Source of the DNA: an uncultured Gammaproteobacteria bacterium
GTDB lineage: Bacteria > Pseudomonadota > Gammaproteobacteria > UBA9214
DNA: 64,000 nucleotides
Assembly: GCA_963748215.1 (NCBI GenBank)
Contig: CAVVHS010000002.1
Coordinates: 128,001 to 192,000 of the forward strand
Reading direction: 5' to 3'
Position numbers and translations under genes: made by a program. The notes under the pieces are model-generated. The model did no database searches, was not told the DNA's origin, and saw only the letters and a program-made list of their open reading frames with translations. Shown here in pieces: positions 38,001 through 49,117 of this stretch (the stretch's first letter is position 1; each line of letters starts with the position of its first letter).

Positions 38001-40721
38001 CTAGTGCGCCTCGTCCCAGTTGCTGCCCACCCCGATGTCCACCAGCAGCGGCACCTTGAGATCGGCAGCGGCGCTCATTCGGCTACGGATCTGCTCCCTG
38101 ACCGCGTCGAGTTCATGCGTGGCGACCTCGAACACCAGCTCGTCGTGCACCTGCATGATCATGCGCAGGCCGGTGTCGCCCCGGGTGATGATCCAGCCAT
38201 GCAGATCGATCATGGCACGCTTGATGATGTCCGCTGCCGTACCCTGCATGGGTGCATTGATCGCCGTCCGCTCCGCCGCCGCCCGGCGTGCCCCGTTGCG
38301 CGATTTGATATCCGGCAGGTGCAGGCGCCGGCCGAACACCGTTTCCACGTAGCCCAGCGCGCGGGCCTGTTCGCGCGTGCTTTCCATGTACACCCTTACC
38401 CCCGGATAGCGCTCGAAGTAGCGCTCGATGTACTCCTGTGCCGCGCCGCGCGCGATACCCAGCTGCCGCGCCAGGCCGAACGCGGACATGCCGTAGATCA
38501 GCCCGAAGTTGATGGCCTTGGCGGACCGGCGCTGGTCGCTGCTGACCGTCTCCGGCGCGACCCCGAACACCTCGGCCGCCGTCGCACGGTGCACGTCCTC
38601 ACCGGCCGAGAAGGCGGCCAGCAGGCCCGGGTCCGAGGACAGGTGTGCCATGATGCGCAGCTCGATCTGGGAATAGTCGGCCGCCAGCAGCACGCAACCC
38701 TCGCCCGCCACGAAGGCCTGGCGAATACGCCGGCCCTCCTCGGTGCGCACCGGGATGTTCTGCAGGTTGGGATCGGACGATGACAGCCGGCCGGTCGCGG
38801 CCACGGCCTGGTGGTAGGAGGTATGCACCCGGCCGGTGGCCGGACAGACCTGCTCGGGCAGGCGGTCGGTGTAGGTGGACTTGAGCTTGCTCAGCGAACG
38901 ATACTCCAGGATCAGGCGCGGCAGCGGATAGTCGAGCGCCAGTTCGGCAAGCACGGACTCGGCCGTGGACGGGACCCCCGTCGGGGTCTTGGCCAGCACC
39001 GGCAGCTGCAGCTTCTCGAACAGCAATTCCTGGATCTGCTTGGGGGAGCTGAGATTGAAGGGCTGGCCGGCCTCCCGGTATGCCTCCTGCTCGATGTCCA
39101 CGATCCGTTTTGCCAGCTGGTGGCTATGCTGCGCCAGCATGCCGGTATCGATGGCCACCCCGGTCTGCTCCATGTCGGAGAGCACCGTCACCAGCGGGAT
39201 CTCGATGTCGCGGTAGATCGTCTCCAGGCCCGGCTCACGCGCCAGTTGCGGCCACATCGCCGCGTGCAGACGCAACGTGATATCGGCGTCCTCGGCCGCA
39301 TAGGGGGCCGCGGTCTCGAGCGGGATTTCGTTGAAGGTGAGCTGGTTCTTGCCCTTGCCGGCGACCTCTTCGAACTTGATGGTGGTGTGCGCGAGGTACT
39401 TCAGCGCCACCGAATCCATATCGTGGCGGGTCGCGGTGCTGTCCAGCACGTAGGATTCCAGCATGGTGTCGTAGCCGATCCCGTCCAGCTTTATATCATG
39501 ATTTGCCAGTACGTTACGATCGTATTTAATGTGATGACCAATTTTCTTTATTTCTCTACTTTCCAGCAAAGGTCGCAGTTTTTCCAGCACCGCGTCACGC
39601 TCGAGCTGCACCGGCGCACCCGGGTAGTCGTGCGCCAGCGGCACGTAGGCCGCCTCGCCTGCCGTCACTGCGAACGAGACGCCGACGATGCGCGCGGCCA
39701 TGTAATCCAGGCTGGTGGTCTCGGTGTCGAAGGCGAACTCGCCGGCCGCCTCGAGCACGTCCAGCCAGGCCGTGAGCCGCGCCTCATCGAGTACGGTTTC
39801 ATAGGCCGGTTCGACCGCAGGCCCGCGGGCCGCCCCGGCCGACGGCACGGCCGCACCCTCCTCCAGCTCCTCCAGCCAGCGCTTGAAATCGAGCGCCTGA
39901 TACAGCTCACGCAGGCGCCCGGCATCCGGCGGCTGGCGCTGCAGGGCCTCGGGGCCGGTGTCGAGTTCCAGGTCACAGCGGATGGTGGCCAGCTCGCGCG
40001 ACAACGGCAGCTGCTCCAGCGCGGCGCGCAGCTTGTCGCCGATCTTGCCCTTGATCTCGCCGGCATGCTCGATCACGCTGTCCAGCGAGCCCCAGGCGGT
40101 GAGCCATTTGGCCGCGGTCTTCGGACCCACGCCGGGTACACCCGGGATGTTGTCCGAGGTGTCGCCGATCAGGGCGAGGTAATCGACGATCTGCCCTGGC
40201 GTCACGCCGAACTTCTCCTGCACGCCGTCGGCATCCAGCGTGGTACCGCTCATGGTGTTCACCAGGGTGACATGCTCGTCGACCAGCTGGGCCATGTCCT
40301 TGTCGCCGGTGGAAATGACCGTGTCCAGGCCGTGCGCGGTAGCCGTCGCGGCAAGCGTGCCGATCACATCGTCCGCCTCGACCCCCTCGACCTGCAGCAG
40401 CGGCAGCCCCAGGGCCCGGATCAGCTCCAGCAGCGGCCCGACCTGGGACGACAGCTCGTCCGGCATCGGCGGCCGGTGGGCCTTGTACTGCGCATACAGG
40501 TCGTGGCGGAAGGTCTTGCCTTTTGCGTCGAACACCACGGCGATGTGCTGCGGGGTGTACTCCGTCAGCAGGCTGCGCAGCATGTTCACCACCCCGTAGA
40601 CCGCCCCGGTCGGTTCACCGCGGGCGTTGGTCAGCTGTTGCAGGTTGGGTACATGGAAGGCCCGGTACAGGTAGGAAGAGCCATCGACCAGCAGCAGGGG
40701 TCCGGAATTGTTGGCAGCCAT
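38001..40721 (-). CDS. polA: DNA polymerase I
   Basis: LVDGSSYLYRAFH 5' nuclease, DTETT exonuclease, DYSQIELR, KAINFGLIYG and VHDE motifs. Confidence 0.98.
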   Translation of the reverse strand: MAANNSGPLLLVDGSSYLYRAFHVPNLQQLTNARGEPTGAVYGVVNMLRSLLTEYTPQHIAVVFDAKGKTFRHDLYAQYKAHRPPMPDELSSQVGPLLELIRALGLPLLQVEGVEADDVIGTLAATATAHGLDTVISTGDKDMAQLVDEHVTLVNTMSGTTLDADGVQEKFGVTPGQIVDYLALIGDTSDNIPGVPGVGPKTAAKWLTAWGSLDSVIEHAGEIKGKIGDKLRAALEQLPLSRELATIRCDLELDTGPEALQRQPPDAGRLRELYQALDFKRWLEELEEGAAVPSAGAARGPAVEPAYETVLDEARLTAWLDVLEAAGEFAFDTETTSLDYMAARIVGVSFAVTAGEAAYVPLAHDYPGAPVQLERDAVLEKLRPLLESREIKKIGHHIKYDRNVLANHDIKLDGIGYDTMLESYVLDSTATRHDMDSVALKYLAHTTIKFEEVAGKGKNQLTFNEIPLETAAPYAAEDADITLRLHAAMWPQLAREPGLETIYRDIEIPLVTVLSDMEQTGVAIDTGMLAQHSHQLAKRIVDIEQEAYREAGQPFNLSSPKQIQELLFEKLQLPVLAKTPTGVPSTAESVLAELALDYPLPRLILEYRSLSKLKSTYTDRLPEQVCPATGRVHTSYHQAVAATGRLSSSDPNLQNIPVRTEEGRRIRQAFVAGEGCVLLAADYSQIELRIMAHLSSDPGLLAAFSAGEDVHRATAAEVFGVAPETVSSDQRRSAKAINFGLIYGMSAFGLARQLGIARGAAQEYIERYFERYPGVRVYMESTREQARALGYVETVFGRRLHLPDIKSRNGARRAAAERTAINAPMQGTAADIIKRAMIDLHGWIITRGDTGLRMIMQVHDELVFEVATHELDAVREQIRSRMSAAADLKVPLLVDIGVGSNWDEAH

Positions 40722-40871
40722 GGGTTCGGGATCGTCTAGTGGCGTCAGTGGTGCGTCCAGCGAAAATGCAAGCCAAAACAACCGGCCGCAGCCGGCATGG
40801 TATCATTTATCATTCCCATCAACCCGGGCTTTCAGCAGCCGCAGCCCGATAGAAACAGGCCAGACTGCCAT

Positions 40872-41609
40872 ATGAGCAACAAGGACACGATTGGCCGGCA
40901 GTTCATGCATCACGGCATGCTGCCGCAGGACGACGCGCAGCTCACTCGCGAATCGTGGAAGATCTTCCAGATCATGGCTGAATTCGTCGAGGGCTTCGAA
41001 CGCCTTGCCCATATCCGGCCCTCGGTCAGCCTGTTCGGCTCGGCACGCACCCCGGCCGACCACCCCTGGTACCGGCAGGCCGAGGCGATCGCGCTTGCCC
41101 TGTCGAATGCCGGCTTCGCGGTCGTCAGCGGCGGCGGCCCGGGCATCATGGAAGCCGCCAACAAGGGTGCCTTCCATGGCAAGTCACCGAGCATCGGCCT
41201 GAATATCCAGCTGCCGCATGAACAGGTGGGCAACCCCTACCAGAACATCGCCCTAAATTTCCGGCACTTTTTCTCGCGCAAGGTGATGTTCGTGAAATAT
41301 GCCTCGGCCTACGTGGTGTGCCCGGGCGGTTTCGGCACGCTGGACGAACTGGCCGAGATTCTTACCCTGGTACAGACCGGCAAGACCCGTCGCATTCCCA
41401 TCATCCTGGTCGGCAGCGACTACTGGCAGGGGCTGATCGACTGGTTTCGCGACACGCTGGTTACGGCCGGCACCATTGCGGCCGATGACCTGAAACTGTG
41501 CCAGGTTATCGATACACCGGAGGACGTGGTCAATGCCATTTTCGATTATTATGAACACAAGGGCTTCGAACCGTCCGAACAGGAACGGGAAAAGCTGCTG
41601 GATCTGTAG
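40872..41609 (+). CDS. LOG family (TIGR00730) Rossmann-fold protein
   Basis: FGSAR, GGGPGIMEA and PGGFGTLDE motifs. Confidence 0.92.
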   Translation: MSNKDTIGRQFMHHGMLPQDDAQLTRESWKIFQIMAEFVEGFERLAHIRPSVSLFGSARTPADHPWYRQAEAIALALSNAGFAVVSGGGPGIMEAANKGAFHGKSPSIGLNIQLPHEQVGNPYQNIALNFRHFFSRKVMFVKYASAYVVCPGGFGTLDELAEILTLVQTGKTRRIPIILVGSDYWQGLIDWFRDTLVTAGTIAADDLKLCQVIDTPEDVVNAIFDYYEHKGFEPSEQEREKLLDL

Positions 41610-41616
41610 GACAACC

Positions 41617-41949
41617 ATGATGCATAAAATGATAGCCATACTGTTATTTACGCTTGCGCTGCCGGCCTATGCCGGCGATGCGGCACCCGAACCCGCGCCC
41701 GAGACCACGCCGCTGCCATCGACCGGCCTGGAAGAGGATATGCAGCCCGAGGTCAGCATCATCAAGCGCGACGACGCCGTGGTGCGTGAATACCGGGTCA
41801 ACGGCGCACTCTACATGATCAGGGTCGAACCGATAGTCGGCCCGGCCTACTATCTGATCGATACCACCGGTGATGGCGACCTCAACGCACGTCGCAGCGA
41901 ACTCGATCCGGCCTTCGTGGTACCGAGCTGGATGATTTTCAGGTGGTGA
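41617..41949 (+). CDS. DUF2782-like secreted protein
   Basis: Signal peptide, EYRVNGALYMIRV.P..GPAYYLID and VPSW..F.W; usual neighbour of polA. Confidence 0.8.
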   Translation: MMHKMIAILLFTLALPAYAGDAAPEPAPETTPLPSTGLEEDMQPEVSIIKRDDAVVREYRVNGALYMIRVEPIVGPAYYLIDTTGDGDLNARRSELDPAFVVPSWMIFRW

Positions 41950-42169
41950 TTCCCGCCACACCAGACGCCGGGCGCTAGGCATGTCCGGTGTTACCCGCGC
42001 CGGGTGCGACGGGCTCGTGGTCCCGTATTTCCGGCGCGCGCACCTGCATGACTGGCATTTGCTGCGCCCGGGAGAAATCATCGCGGCGCAAGGACCGGGG
42101 CGTATACCGCCGCATCATCCTGCACCGTCGGCCGGACTACCGCCCTTTGACGATCGCCGAATAACAGGC

Positions 42170-42739
42170 ATGCCTGCCAGCCACGCCATGCTCAACCGCT
42201 TGCAACAGCTTGCCCGCGTACTGGACGGCTTCGCCGAACTGACCGGCCGCGCTGTGTCATGGCTGACGCTGGTCATGGTCGCCGTCACGTTCACGGTCGT
42301 GGTATTGCGCTATGCGTTCGACATCGGCTCGATCGCGCTGCAGGAGTCGATCACCTACCTGCATGCCGCGGTGTTCATGCTGTGCGCAGCCTACACGCTG
42401 AAACACGATGCCCACGTGCGCGTCGATATCTTCTACCAGCGCTGGTCGCCGCGCGGTCGCGCCTGGGTCGACCTGCTGGGCACGCTGTTACTGCTGGCAC
42501 CGGTTTGCATCCTGATCATTGTCGCCAGCGTCGATTACGTTTCCTCGTCCTGGTCGATTCACGAGGGTTCGCGCGAGGCCGGCGGCCTGGACGGCGTGTA
42601 CATTCTCAAGACCGCCATTCCACTGATGGCGGCATTGCTGTTGCTGCAGGGTTGCGCGCTGGCCATCCACAGCCTGCTCACCCTTACCGGCCATACCGAA
42701 CCACCCGCGCCGGACACCGGCATTGACCGTGAGTTGTAG
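42170..42739 (+). CDS. TRAP transporter small permease (DctQ)
   Basis: VVLRYAF, HVRVDIFY and EGSREAGGL motifs. Confidence 0.88.
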   Translation: MPASHAMLNRLQQLARVLDGFAELTGRAVSWLTLVMVAVTFTVVVLRYAFDIGSIALQESITYLHAAVFMLCAAYTLKHDAHVRVDIFYQRWSPRGRAWVDLLGTLLLLAPVCILIIVASVDYVSSSWSIHEGSREAGGLDGVYILKTAIPLMAALLLLQGCALAIHSLLTLTGHTEPPAPDTGIDREL

Positions 42740-42823
42740 TACCGTGCACCGCGTGCGTCATCATCGCCGCGATTACACTGGCGGTACCGGTGCGAAGCCG
42801 CGAACGGCGCAGGCTTGCCCGGC

Positions 42824-44206
42824 ATGACCGAATTCATTCCCCTGTTGCTGTTTCTGATCGTCTGCCTGGTGTTGATGGCAGGCTACCCGGTCGCGCTGTC
42901 GCTGGCCGGCACGGCATTGATATTTGCCTTTGTCGGCGAACTGAATGGCCTGTTTGATATCAGCTTTCTGAATGCACTGCCGTTGCGGCTGTACGGCATC
43001 ATGACCAATGTCACGCTGATCGCGGTGCCGCTGTTCGTGTTCATGGGCATCATGCTGGAACGTTCGCGCGTGGCGGAAAATCTGCTCGAGACCATGGCCG
43101 CACTGTTCGGCCGGCTGCGTGGCGGGCTGGGATTTTCGGTAACACTGGTCGGCATGCTGCTGGCCGCCAGCACCGGCATCGTGGGCGCGACCGTCGTCAC
43201 CATGGGGCTGCTGGCGCTGCCGACCATGCTGCGGCGCGGCTATGACCCGCGCATCGCCAGCGGCGTGATCTGCGCATCCGGCACACTCGGCCAGATCATT
43301 CCGCCGTCCATCGTACTGGTGCTGCTCGGTGACGTGCTGTCGAGCGCTCACCAGCAGGCGCAGCTGGATATGGGATCGTACTCGCCGGACACGGTATCGG
43401 TCGGCGACCTGTTCACCGGCGCATTACTGCCCGGCTTGCTGCTCGTGGCCCTTTACATGTTCTATATCGGCTTCGTTGCCTGGACACGCCCGCACAGCAT
43501 GCCGGCATTGCCGGCGGACGATGCCACGCTCGACAGTGGTCTCGCCGGGCGCGTGATCAAGGGACTGTTGCCGCCGGTGATACTGATAGTGGCCGTACTC
43601 GGCTCCATCCTCGGTGGCATCGCCACGCCGACCGAAGCGGCAGCGGTCGGCGCCGTCGGTGCCATACTGCTTGCGCTGGCAAAGGGCCAGTGCAGCCTGC
43701 GGGTGCTGCGCGAGGTCATGCTGGGCACGACCCGCGTCACCTGCATGGTATTCCTGATCCTGGTCGGTGCCTCGGTGTTCTCGCTGGTGTTTCGCGGCTT
43801 CGGCGGCGACGTCATGGTCGCCGACCTGCTGAGCGATCTGCCGGGCGGTACATTGGGCGCCTTGCTCGCGGTCATGCTGCTGATGTTTCTGCTCGGCTTC
43901 GTGCTCGACTTCATCGAGATTATCTTCGTCGTGGTACCGATCGTCGGCCCCGTCCTGCTCGGCATGGGACTCGACCCGGTCTGGCTGGGCGTCATGATCG
44001 CGCTCAACCTGCAGACCTCGTTCCTGACACCGCCGTTCGGCTTTGCCCTGTTCTACCTGCGCGGCGTGGCCCCGGATTCGGTCAGCACGGCGCAGATCTA
44101 CCGGGGCGTGGTGCCGTTCATCGGCCTGCAGCTGCTGCTGATCCTGTTGCTGGCCTGGTGGCCGGCACTGGCAACCTGGCTGCCGGGTGTCGTGTACGCG
44201 AACTGA
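42824..44206 (+). CDS. TRAP transporter large permease (DctM)
   Basis: SGTLGQIIPPS, TPTEAA and SFLTPPFG motifs. Confidence 0.93.
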   Translation: MTEFIPLLLFLIVCLVLMAGYPVALSLAGTALIFAFVGELNGLFDISFLNALPLRLYGIMTNVTLIAVPLFVFMGIMLERSRVAENLLETMAALFGRLRGGLGFSVTLVGMLLAASTGIVGATVVTMGLLALPTMLRRGYDPRIASGVICASGTLGQIIPPSIVLVLLGDVLSSAHQQAQLDMGSYSPDTVSVGDLFTGALLPGLLLVALYMFYIGFVAWTRPHSMPALPADDATLDSGLAGRVIKGLLPPVILIVAVLGSILGGIATPTEAAAVGAVGAILLALAKGQCSLRVLREVMLGTTRVTCMVFLILVGASVFSLVFRGFGGDVMVADLLSDLPGGTLGALLAVMLLMFLLGFVLDFIEIIFVVVPIVGPVLLGMGLDPVWLGVMIALNLQTSFLTPPFGFALFYLRGVAPDSVSTAQIYRGVVPFIGLQLLLILLLAWWPALATWLPGVVYAN

Positions 44207-44286
44207 ACATTCGCGGAATCTGGCAGTTCTGCCTGCTTCGTGCGATTATTGATGGCAATTGGAAACGCCAAACCGGGTCAACGGAA

Positions 44287-44850
44287 ATGTCGACATCACG
44301 CCTCCTGCTCATCTCGTTGCTGCTGCTGTTTCAGCCGCTGCATGCCGGCGCGACGGACCGGCCGTTGATCAATGCCGCGGCAATCGCATTCGGCGAAAGT
44401 GATGATTCCGATGAAAGCGACGTCTATCGTGTCAGCTTCCAGAAAAAATGGCGCCACAGCTGGTTCGATGGCGGCGCATGGTTCCTGGGTGGTTACTGGG
44501 ATACCGGGCTCACCCGCATAAAGGCCGACAGCGGACATACCGACACGGTGTACGACATCAACCTGACACCGGTCTTTCGCTACCAGCGTGATGCCGGCCT
44601 GTCCAGCGGCGTAACGCCGTTTGCCGAGGCAGGCTTCGGCCTGCACCTGCTGACGGACACCCATGTCGGCAACAACAAACTGTCCACGGCATTCCAGTTC
44701 GGTTCACTTATCGGGGTCGGGGTCGGCTTCGGCGAGCACGGCCAGTATGAACTGACCTACCAGTACACGAACCTGACCAATGCCGACATCAAGAAACCGA
44801 ACGACGGTTTCGATGCTCACCTGTTCAAGCTGGGCTACAACTTCTACTAG
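44287..44850 (+). CDS. PagL-like (acyloxyacyl hydrolase family) outer-membrane beta-barrel
   Basis: Signal peptide, LTPVFRY, PFAEAGFG, LSTAFQF and NADIKKPNDG; aromatic C-terminus. Confidence 0.75.
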   Translation: MSTSRLLLISLLLLFQPLHAGATDRPLINAAAIAFGESDDSDESDVYRVSFQKKWRHSWFDGGAWFLGGYWDTGLTRIKADSGHTDTVYDINLTPVFRYQRDAGLSSGVTPFAEAGFGLHLLTDTHVGNNKLSTAFQFGSLIGVGVGFGEHGQYELTYQYTNLTNADIKKPNDGFDAHLFKLGYNFY

Positions 44851-44886
44851 CCGCCACCGGAAGCACCGCACAAGTCACTGCACGCA

Positions 44887-45981
44887 CTATCCCATGCGCA
44901 CGTTCATGTAGGCGCGCTCCGATATGTCGGTCCAGCTCATCACCTGACGCTGGAACGCGCGATAGGAATCGAACACCTTCGCCGACAGTGCATCCTTGCC
45001 GGCGATTTCGGCGACCACCTGCTCCGACAAGTCACGCAGACGCATCAGCACGCTGCCCGGAAATTCCCTGACATCGACGTTATGTTCATTGATCAGCGAC
45101 TGCAGCGCGGCGTTGTTGCGTGCCGTGTATTCGGCCAGCATGTCGCCGTTCACCACGCGGCAGGCATTCATGACAATGCTTTGCAGATCCGCTGGCAGGC
45201 TGTCGAAAGCGGCCTGGTTGACGAGACATTCCAGCGTGGTGCCTGGCTCGTGCCAGCCGGGGTAATAATAGTATTTCGCTGCCTTGTACAGGCCAAATGC
45301 CAGGTCGTTGTAGGGGCCGACCCACTCGGTGGCGTCGATCGCGCCTGATTGCAAGGAGGTAAAGATATCACTGCCCGGCATGCTCACCGGCGTGCCGCCG
45401 GCACGCTTCAGCACCTCGCCGCCAAGCCCCGGGATACGCATCTTCAGGCCGTTCAGATCATCGAGTGAATTGATTTCACGGTTGAACCAGCCGCCCATCT
45501 GGATACCGGAGTTGCCGGCCGCGAACGGCAGCACGCCGAATGGAGCGTACACCTCGCGCCACAATTGCATACCGCCACCGTAAAACAGCCAGGCATTCAT
45601 TTCCTGTGCGTTCATGCCGAAAGGCACGGCCGCGAAGAACTGCGCCGCCTCGCTCTTGCCCTTCCAGTAATATGCCGCGCCGTGGCCCATCTCCGCCGTG
45701 CCGCTGGCCACCGCGTCGAACACCTCGAAGGACGGTACCAGCTCGTTGTCGCCGTATACGGTGACCTTGATGCGGCCGCCACTCATCTCGGTGATCAGCC
45801 GCGCGACATTGCTGGCTCCGGTGCCGAGGCCGGGAAAGTTCTTCGGCCAGGTGGTGACCATCTTCCAGTGCACCACCTTGTTCGTCACGGCAGGCATCGT
45901 CGCCGTGCCCGTTTCATCCGGCCCGCAACCGGTCAGCACCAGGCCGGCACCGGCGGCACCCAGGAAATCACGTCGTTTCAT
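44887..45981 (-). CDS. TRAP substrate-binding protein (DctP/TakP-like), TAT lipoprotein
   Basis: KRRDFL..LTGC leader, WKMVTTWP, KMRIPGLG and YYYPGWHEP motifs. Confidence 0.92.
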   Translation of the reverse strand: MKRRDFLGAAGAGLVLTGCGPDETGTATMPAVTNKVVHWKMVTTWPKNFPGLGTGASNVARLITEMSGGRIKVTVYGDNELVPSFEVFDAVASGTAEMGHGAAYYWKGKSEAAQFFAAVPFGMNAQEMNAWLFYGGGMQLWREVYAPFGVLPFAAGNSGIQMGGWFNREINSLDDLNGLKMRIPGLGGEVLKRAGGTPVSMPGSDIFTSLQSGAIDATEWVGPYNDLAFGLYKAAKYYYYPGWHEPGTTLECLVNQAAFDSLPADLQSIVMNACRVVNGDMLAEYTARNNAALQSLINEHNVDVREFPGSVLMRLRDLSEQVVAEIAGKDALSAKVFDSYRAFQRQVMSWTDISERAYMNVRMG

Positions 45982-46240
45982 AACGGCCTCTCGATATTTG
46001 TTTGGCGGTCATTGTACGTGGGATGAACGGAATGCGCCTGCGCACGGTAACCGGCCGCGCCCAACACGGACCCGGTCGTCTCAGTTATTAGTCTTGATGT
46101 AACGGGTAGTTATGGAATACTATTCATCAAACGCTTCCAGTATTAAGGCTAGCGCACTAATTCCAAGAAAAATAATATTGGCGAATGCACCAACCGGACG
46201 GCGCACGCGTGCCAGCACGAGGGGAGTACCGGACAGCACC

Positions 46241-49117
46241 ATGTTGACTGAACTCAACCGCATCCGTGCACGTTTCATCAGCCTGATCCTGCTTGGCCTG
46301 CTCATCGCGCCAGCGGCGGGCATCGCCAGCGCGCTGCTGTTCGACCTGATCACCCCGGACGCACTGCAGCACAGCCGCGTCGTGTTCGTCATGGCCACCT
46401 TCGTGCTGCTCATGACCACTTGGGCAGGAGTTCATTTCTCTCGATATTTCAGCAAGTTGCCTAAGAACTTGCGGCCCGGCAGGGGCTCAGGCGAACTCTC
46501 GTACGCGCACCAGCGCCGGCTGACGCGCTTTGGTCGTGACTACTGGGGCCTGTTCCTTATCTATGCCCTGACCCTCCCGCCGCTGCTGTTCATTGCGATA
46601 CAAAAACCGCTGGTCGCCGAACTTGGGCATTTCCTGCAATTGCTGCTGCTGCAGCTGTCGGTGGTCGCGCTGGTCGGACTGCCCACCTACCAGCTCGCGC
46701 TGGCACAGATCGAGAAACTCGCTGGCCATTTCAGCCTGCAACAGGTACACGGCAGCCTGAAATCGAAACTGTTGCTGATGGGCGGCTTCGTACCGTTGCT
46801 GTGCTACACGGTGCTGATGAATTACCAGTGGCAGAAGACCGGCAACCTGACACCGGACCACATGGCCATCTGGTTGACGCTGGTGTGCATCACCGGTCTT
46901 GTCACCCTCTTCGCGGTGCGCAGCGTGACCCAGTCACTGCAACCGATCCAGGAACTTATCACGCGCAGCGGCGCCACACGCCACACGGACCTGGGACGAC
47001 TGCGGCCGCGGTCTACCGACGAGATCGGTTTTGTCACGCAGGTCATGGGCAAACTGTTCCGCCAGCTCGGCGAGCAGGAGTCGCACATGCGCGCCGTGGT
47101 CGAGACCGCCGCCGAGGGCATCATCGTGGTGAACGGCAAGGCCAAGGTCCACACCTTTAACCCGGCGGCGGAAAAACTGTTCGGCTGCAGCGCGGCCGAT
47201 ATCCGGCAGCGCTCCCTGCAGCCGCTGCTGCCGGAGCTGTTCGATGCAGAACACAACATCCGGCTGGTGGCCGGCGAGCGCGAAATGGATGGATGGCACC
47301 GCAACGGTACCGCGGTGCAGATGTCGGTCCGTGTCAGCCCCATGCGCAGCAACGGTGAACGCCTGTATACCTGCATGGTATCGGACATCACACGGCGCAA
47401 GGCCATGGAACAGCAGCTGCGAGACGCCGAGTGCCGTTACCGTGACCTGGTGGAGACGGCGCACGACATGGTCTGGACCATGGACACGGAAGGTCGGCTG
47501 ACCTACGTCAACCGCGCCTGCACCGGCATCTATGGCTACACACCCGGCGAGATGCAGCAGCGCCACCTGCACGAATTCCGCTCCCCGGATCACCCGCCCG
47601 CCGACCGCGAGGCGATCGATGCCCTGCTGGCCGGCGAGGACACGGTGCAGTTCGAGACCGTGCACCTGGACAACGAGAACAGGCCGCACTTCCTGAGTTT
47701 CAGCGCACGCTCGCACAGGAATGCCGACGGCAAGGTCGAGCGTATCAGCGGCACCACGCGCGACATCACCGAGCAGAAGGCGTTCCAGCACCAGCTTTCC
47801 TACAACGCCGAACACGATCCGCTGACCGGCATGTTCAATCGCAATTATTTCCAGGAAGAGCTGGAACGCACCGTGGCGCGCTCCGCGCGCAACGGTACGT
47901 CCTGTGCGCTGTTCTTCGTCGATCTCGACCAGTTCAAGTACATAAACGACACGCTGGGGCATGCCGCCGGCGATCGTCTGCTGGTGGACATCGCCGCACT
48001 GCTGTCCATGCACGTGCGTGACGGCGACCTGCTGGCGCGCTTCGGTGGCGACGAGTTCACGCTGCTGCTCTACAACATTGGCAAGCGCGACGTGCTGCGT
48101 GCCGCGGAAAATTTCCGCGCGCTGTGCGACGACTACCGCTTCAACGTCGACGACAAATCGTGGAACGTCAGCGCAAGTATCGGCATCGCCATGATCGACC
48201 GGCACACCACCTCCGCAGAGGAAGTGCTTTCGCATGCCGACCTCGCCTGCAATATGGCCAAGCAGCAGGGCCGTAACCGTGTCAATCTCTACAATCCGGC
48301 CGACCTCGGCAAGGCTGACATGCAGGCCGACATGAGCTGGGCGACGCAGGTGCGTGACATGCTCGAACACGATCGTTTCCAGCTGGTCTACCAGCCGATT
48401 GTCAGCACCGACGACGGCGAGGTGCTGGATTACGAGGTTCTGGTGCGCATGGTATGCGACGACGGCCAGGTCATCCTGCCAGGCGGTTTCATGCCCGCAG
48501 CGGAACGCTTCGGCCTGATCCACAGCGTCGACCGCTGGATCGTGCGCCGCGCTATCCAGGAACTCGCCGCCTTGCACGTCAGCGGCCAGCGCATCAGCTT
48601 CTCCATCAACCTCTCCGGCAAGGCCTTCGAGGACGAGACCCTGCTGCCGATGATCCAGGCACTACTCGACGACAGCGGCCTCGATCCGACCTGGGTCACC
48701 TTCGAGATCACCGAGACCGCGGCCATCGCCAACCTCGCCGCGGCGGAGACCTTCATTTCGGCGCTCAAGGACATTGGCTGCCAGTTCGCGCTGGATGACT
48801 TCGGGTCCGGCTTCTCCTCGTTTGCCTACCTGAAGCACCTGCCGGTCGACAAGCTCAAGATCGACGGCGCCTTCGTAAAGGGCATGGCGCACAGTTCGGT
48901 CGACCAGGCCATGGTGGAATCCATGAACCAGGTCGCGCACGCGCTGGGCAAGCAGACCGTCGCCGAGTGCGTCGAAAACGGCGAGACGCTGAAGATCCTC
49001 AGGGAAATGGGTGTCGACCGCGCCCAGGGCAACTACATCGGCCCGCCGCACGCGGCCCCCGCTGCGTTCACGCAACCCACGCCAGCAGTCGGCAGCGTGG
49101 CATCACTCACGCATTGA
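46241..49117 (+). CDS. Membrane sensor HAMP-PAS-PAS-GGDEF-EAL diguanylate cyclase/phosphodiesterase
   Basis: TM region, two PAS domains, RFGGDEF, EVLVR and DDFGSG motifs. Confidence 0.93.
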   Translation: MLTELNRIRARFISLILLGLLIAPAAGIASALLFDLITPDALQHSRVVFVMATFVLLMTTWAGVHFSRYFSKLPKNLRPGRGSGELSYAHQRRLTRFGRDYWGLFLIYALTLPPLLFIAIQKPLVAELGHFLQLLLLQLSVVALVGLPTYQLALAQIEKLAGHFSLQQVHGSLKSKLLLMGGFVPLLCYTVLMNYQWQKTGNLTPDHMAIWLTLVCITGLVTLFAVRSVTQSLQPIQELITRSGATRHTDLGRLRPRSTDEIGFVTQVMGKLFRQLGEQESHMRAVVETAAEGIIVVNGKAKVHTFNPAAEKLFGCSAADIRQRSLQPLLPELFDAEHNIRLVAGEREMDGWHRNGTAVQMSVRVSPMRSNGERLYTCMVSDITRRKAMEQQLRDAECRYRDLVETAHDMVWTMDTEGRLTYVNRACTGIYGYTPGEMQQRHLHEFRSPDHPPADREAIDALLAGEDTVQFETVHLDNENRPHFLSFSARSHRNADGKVERISGTTRDITEQKAFQHQLSYNAEHDPLTGMFNRNYFQEELERTVARSARNGTSCALFFVDLDQFKYINDTLGHAAGDRLLVDIAALLSMHVRDGDLLARFGGDEFTLLLYNIGKRDVLRAAENFRALCDDYRFNVDDKSWNVSASIGIAMIDRHTTSAEEVLSHADLACNMAKQQGRNRVNLYNPADLGKADMQADMSWATQVRDMLEHDRFQLVYQPIVSTDDGEVLDYEVLVRMVCDDGQVILPGGFMPAAERFGLIHSVDRWIVRRAIQELAALHVSGQRISFSINLSGKAFEDETLLPMIQALLDDSGLDPTWVTFEITETAAIANLAAAETFISALKDIGCQFALDDFGSGFSSFAYLKHLPVDKLKIDGAFVKGMAHSSVDQAMVESMNQVAHALGKQTVAECVENGETLKILREMGVDRAQGNYIGPPHAAPAAFTQPTPAVGSVASLTH

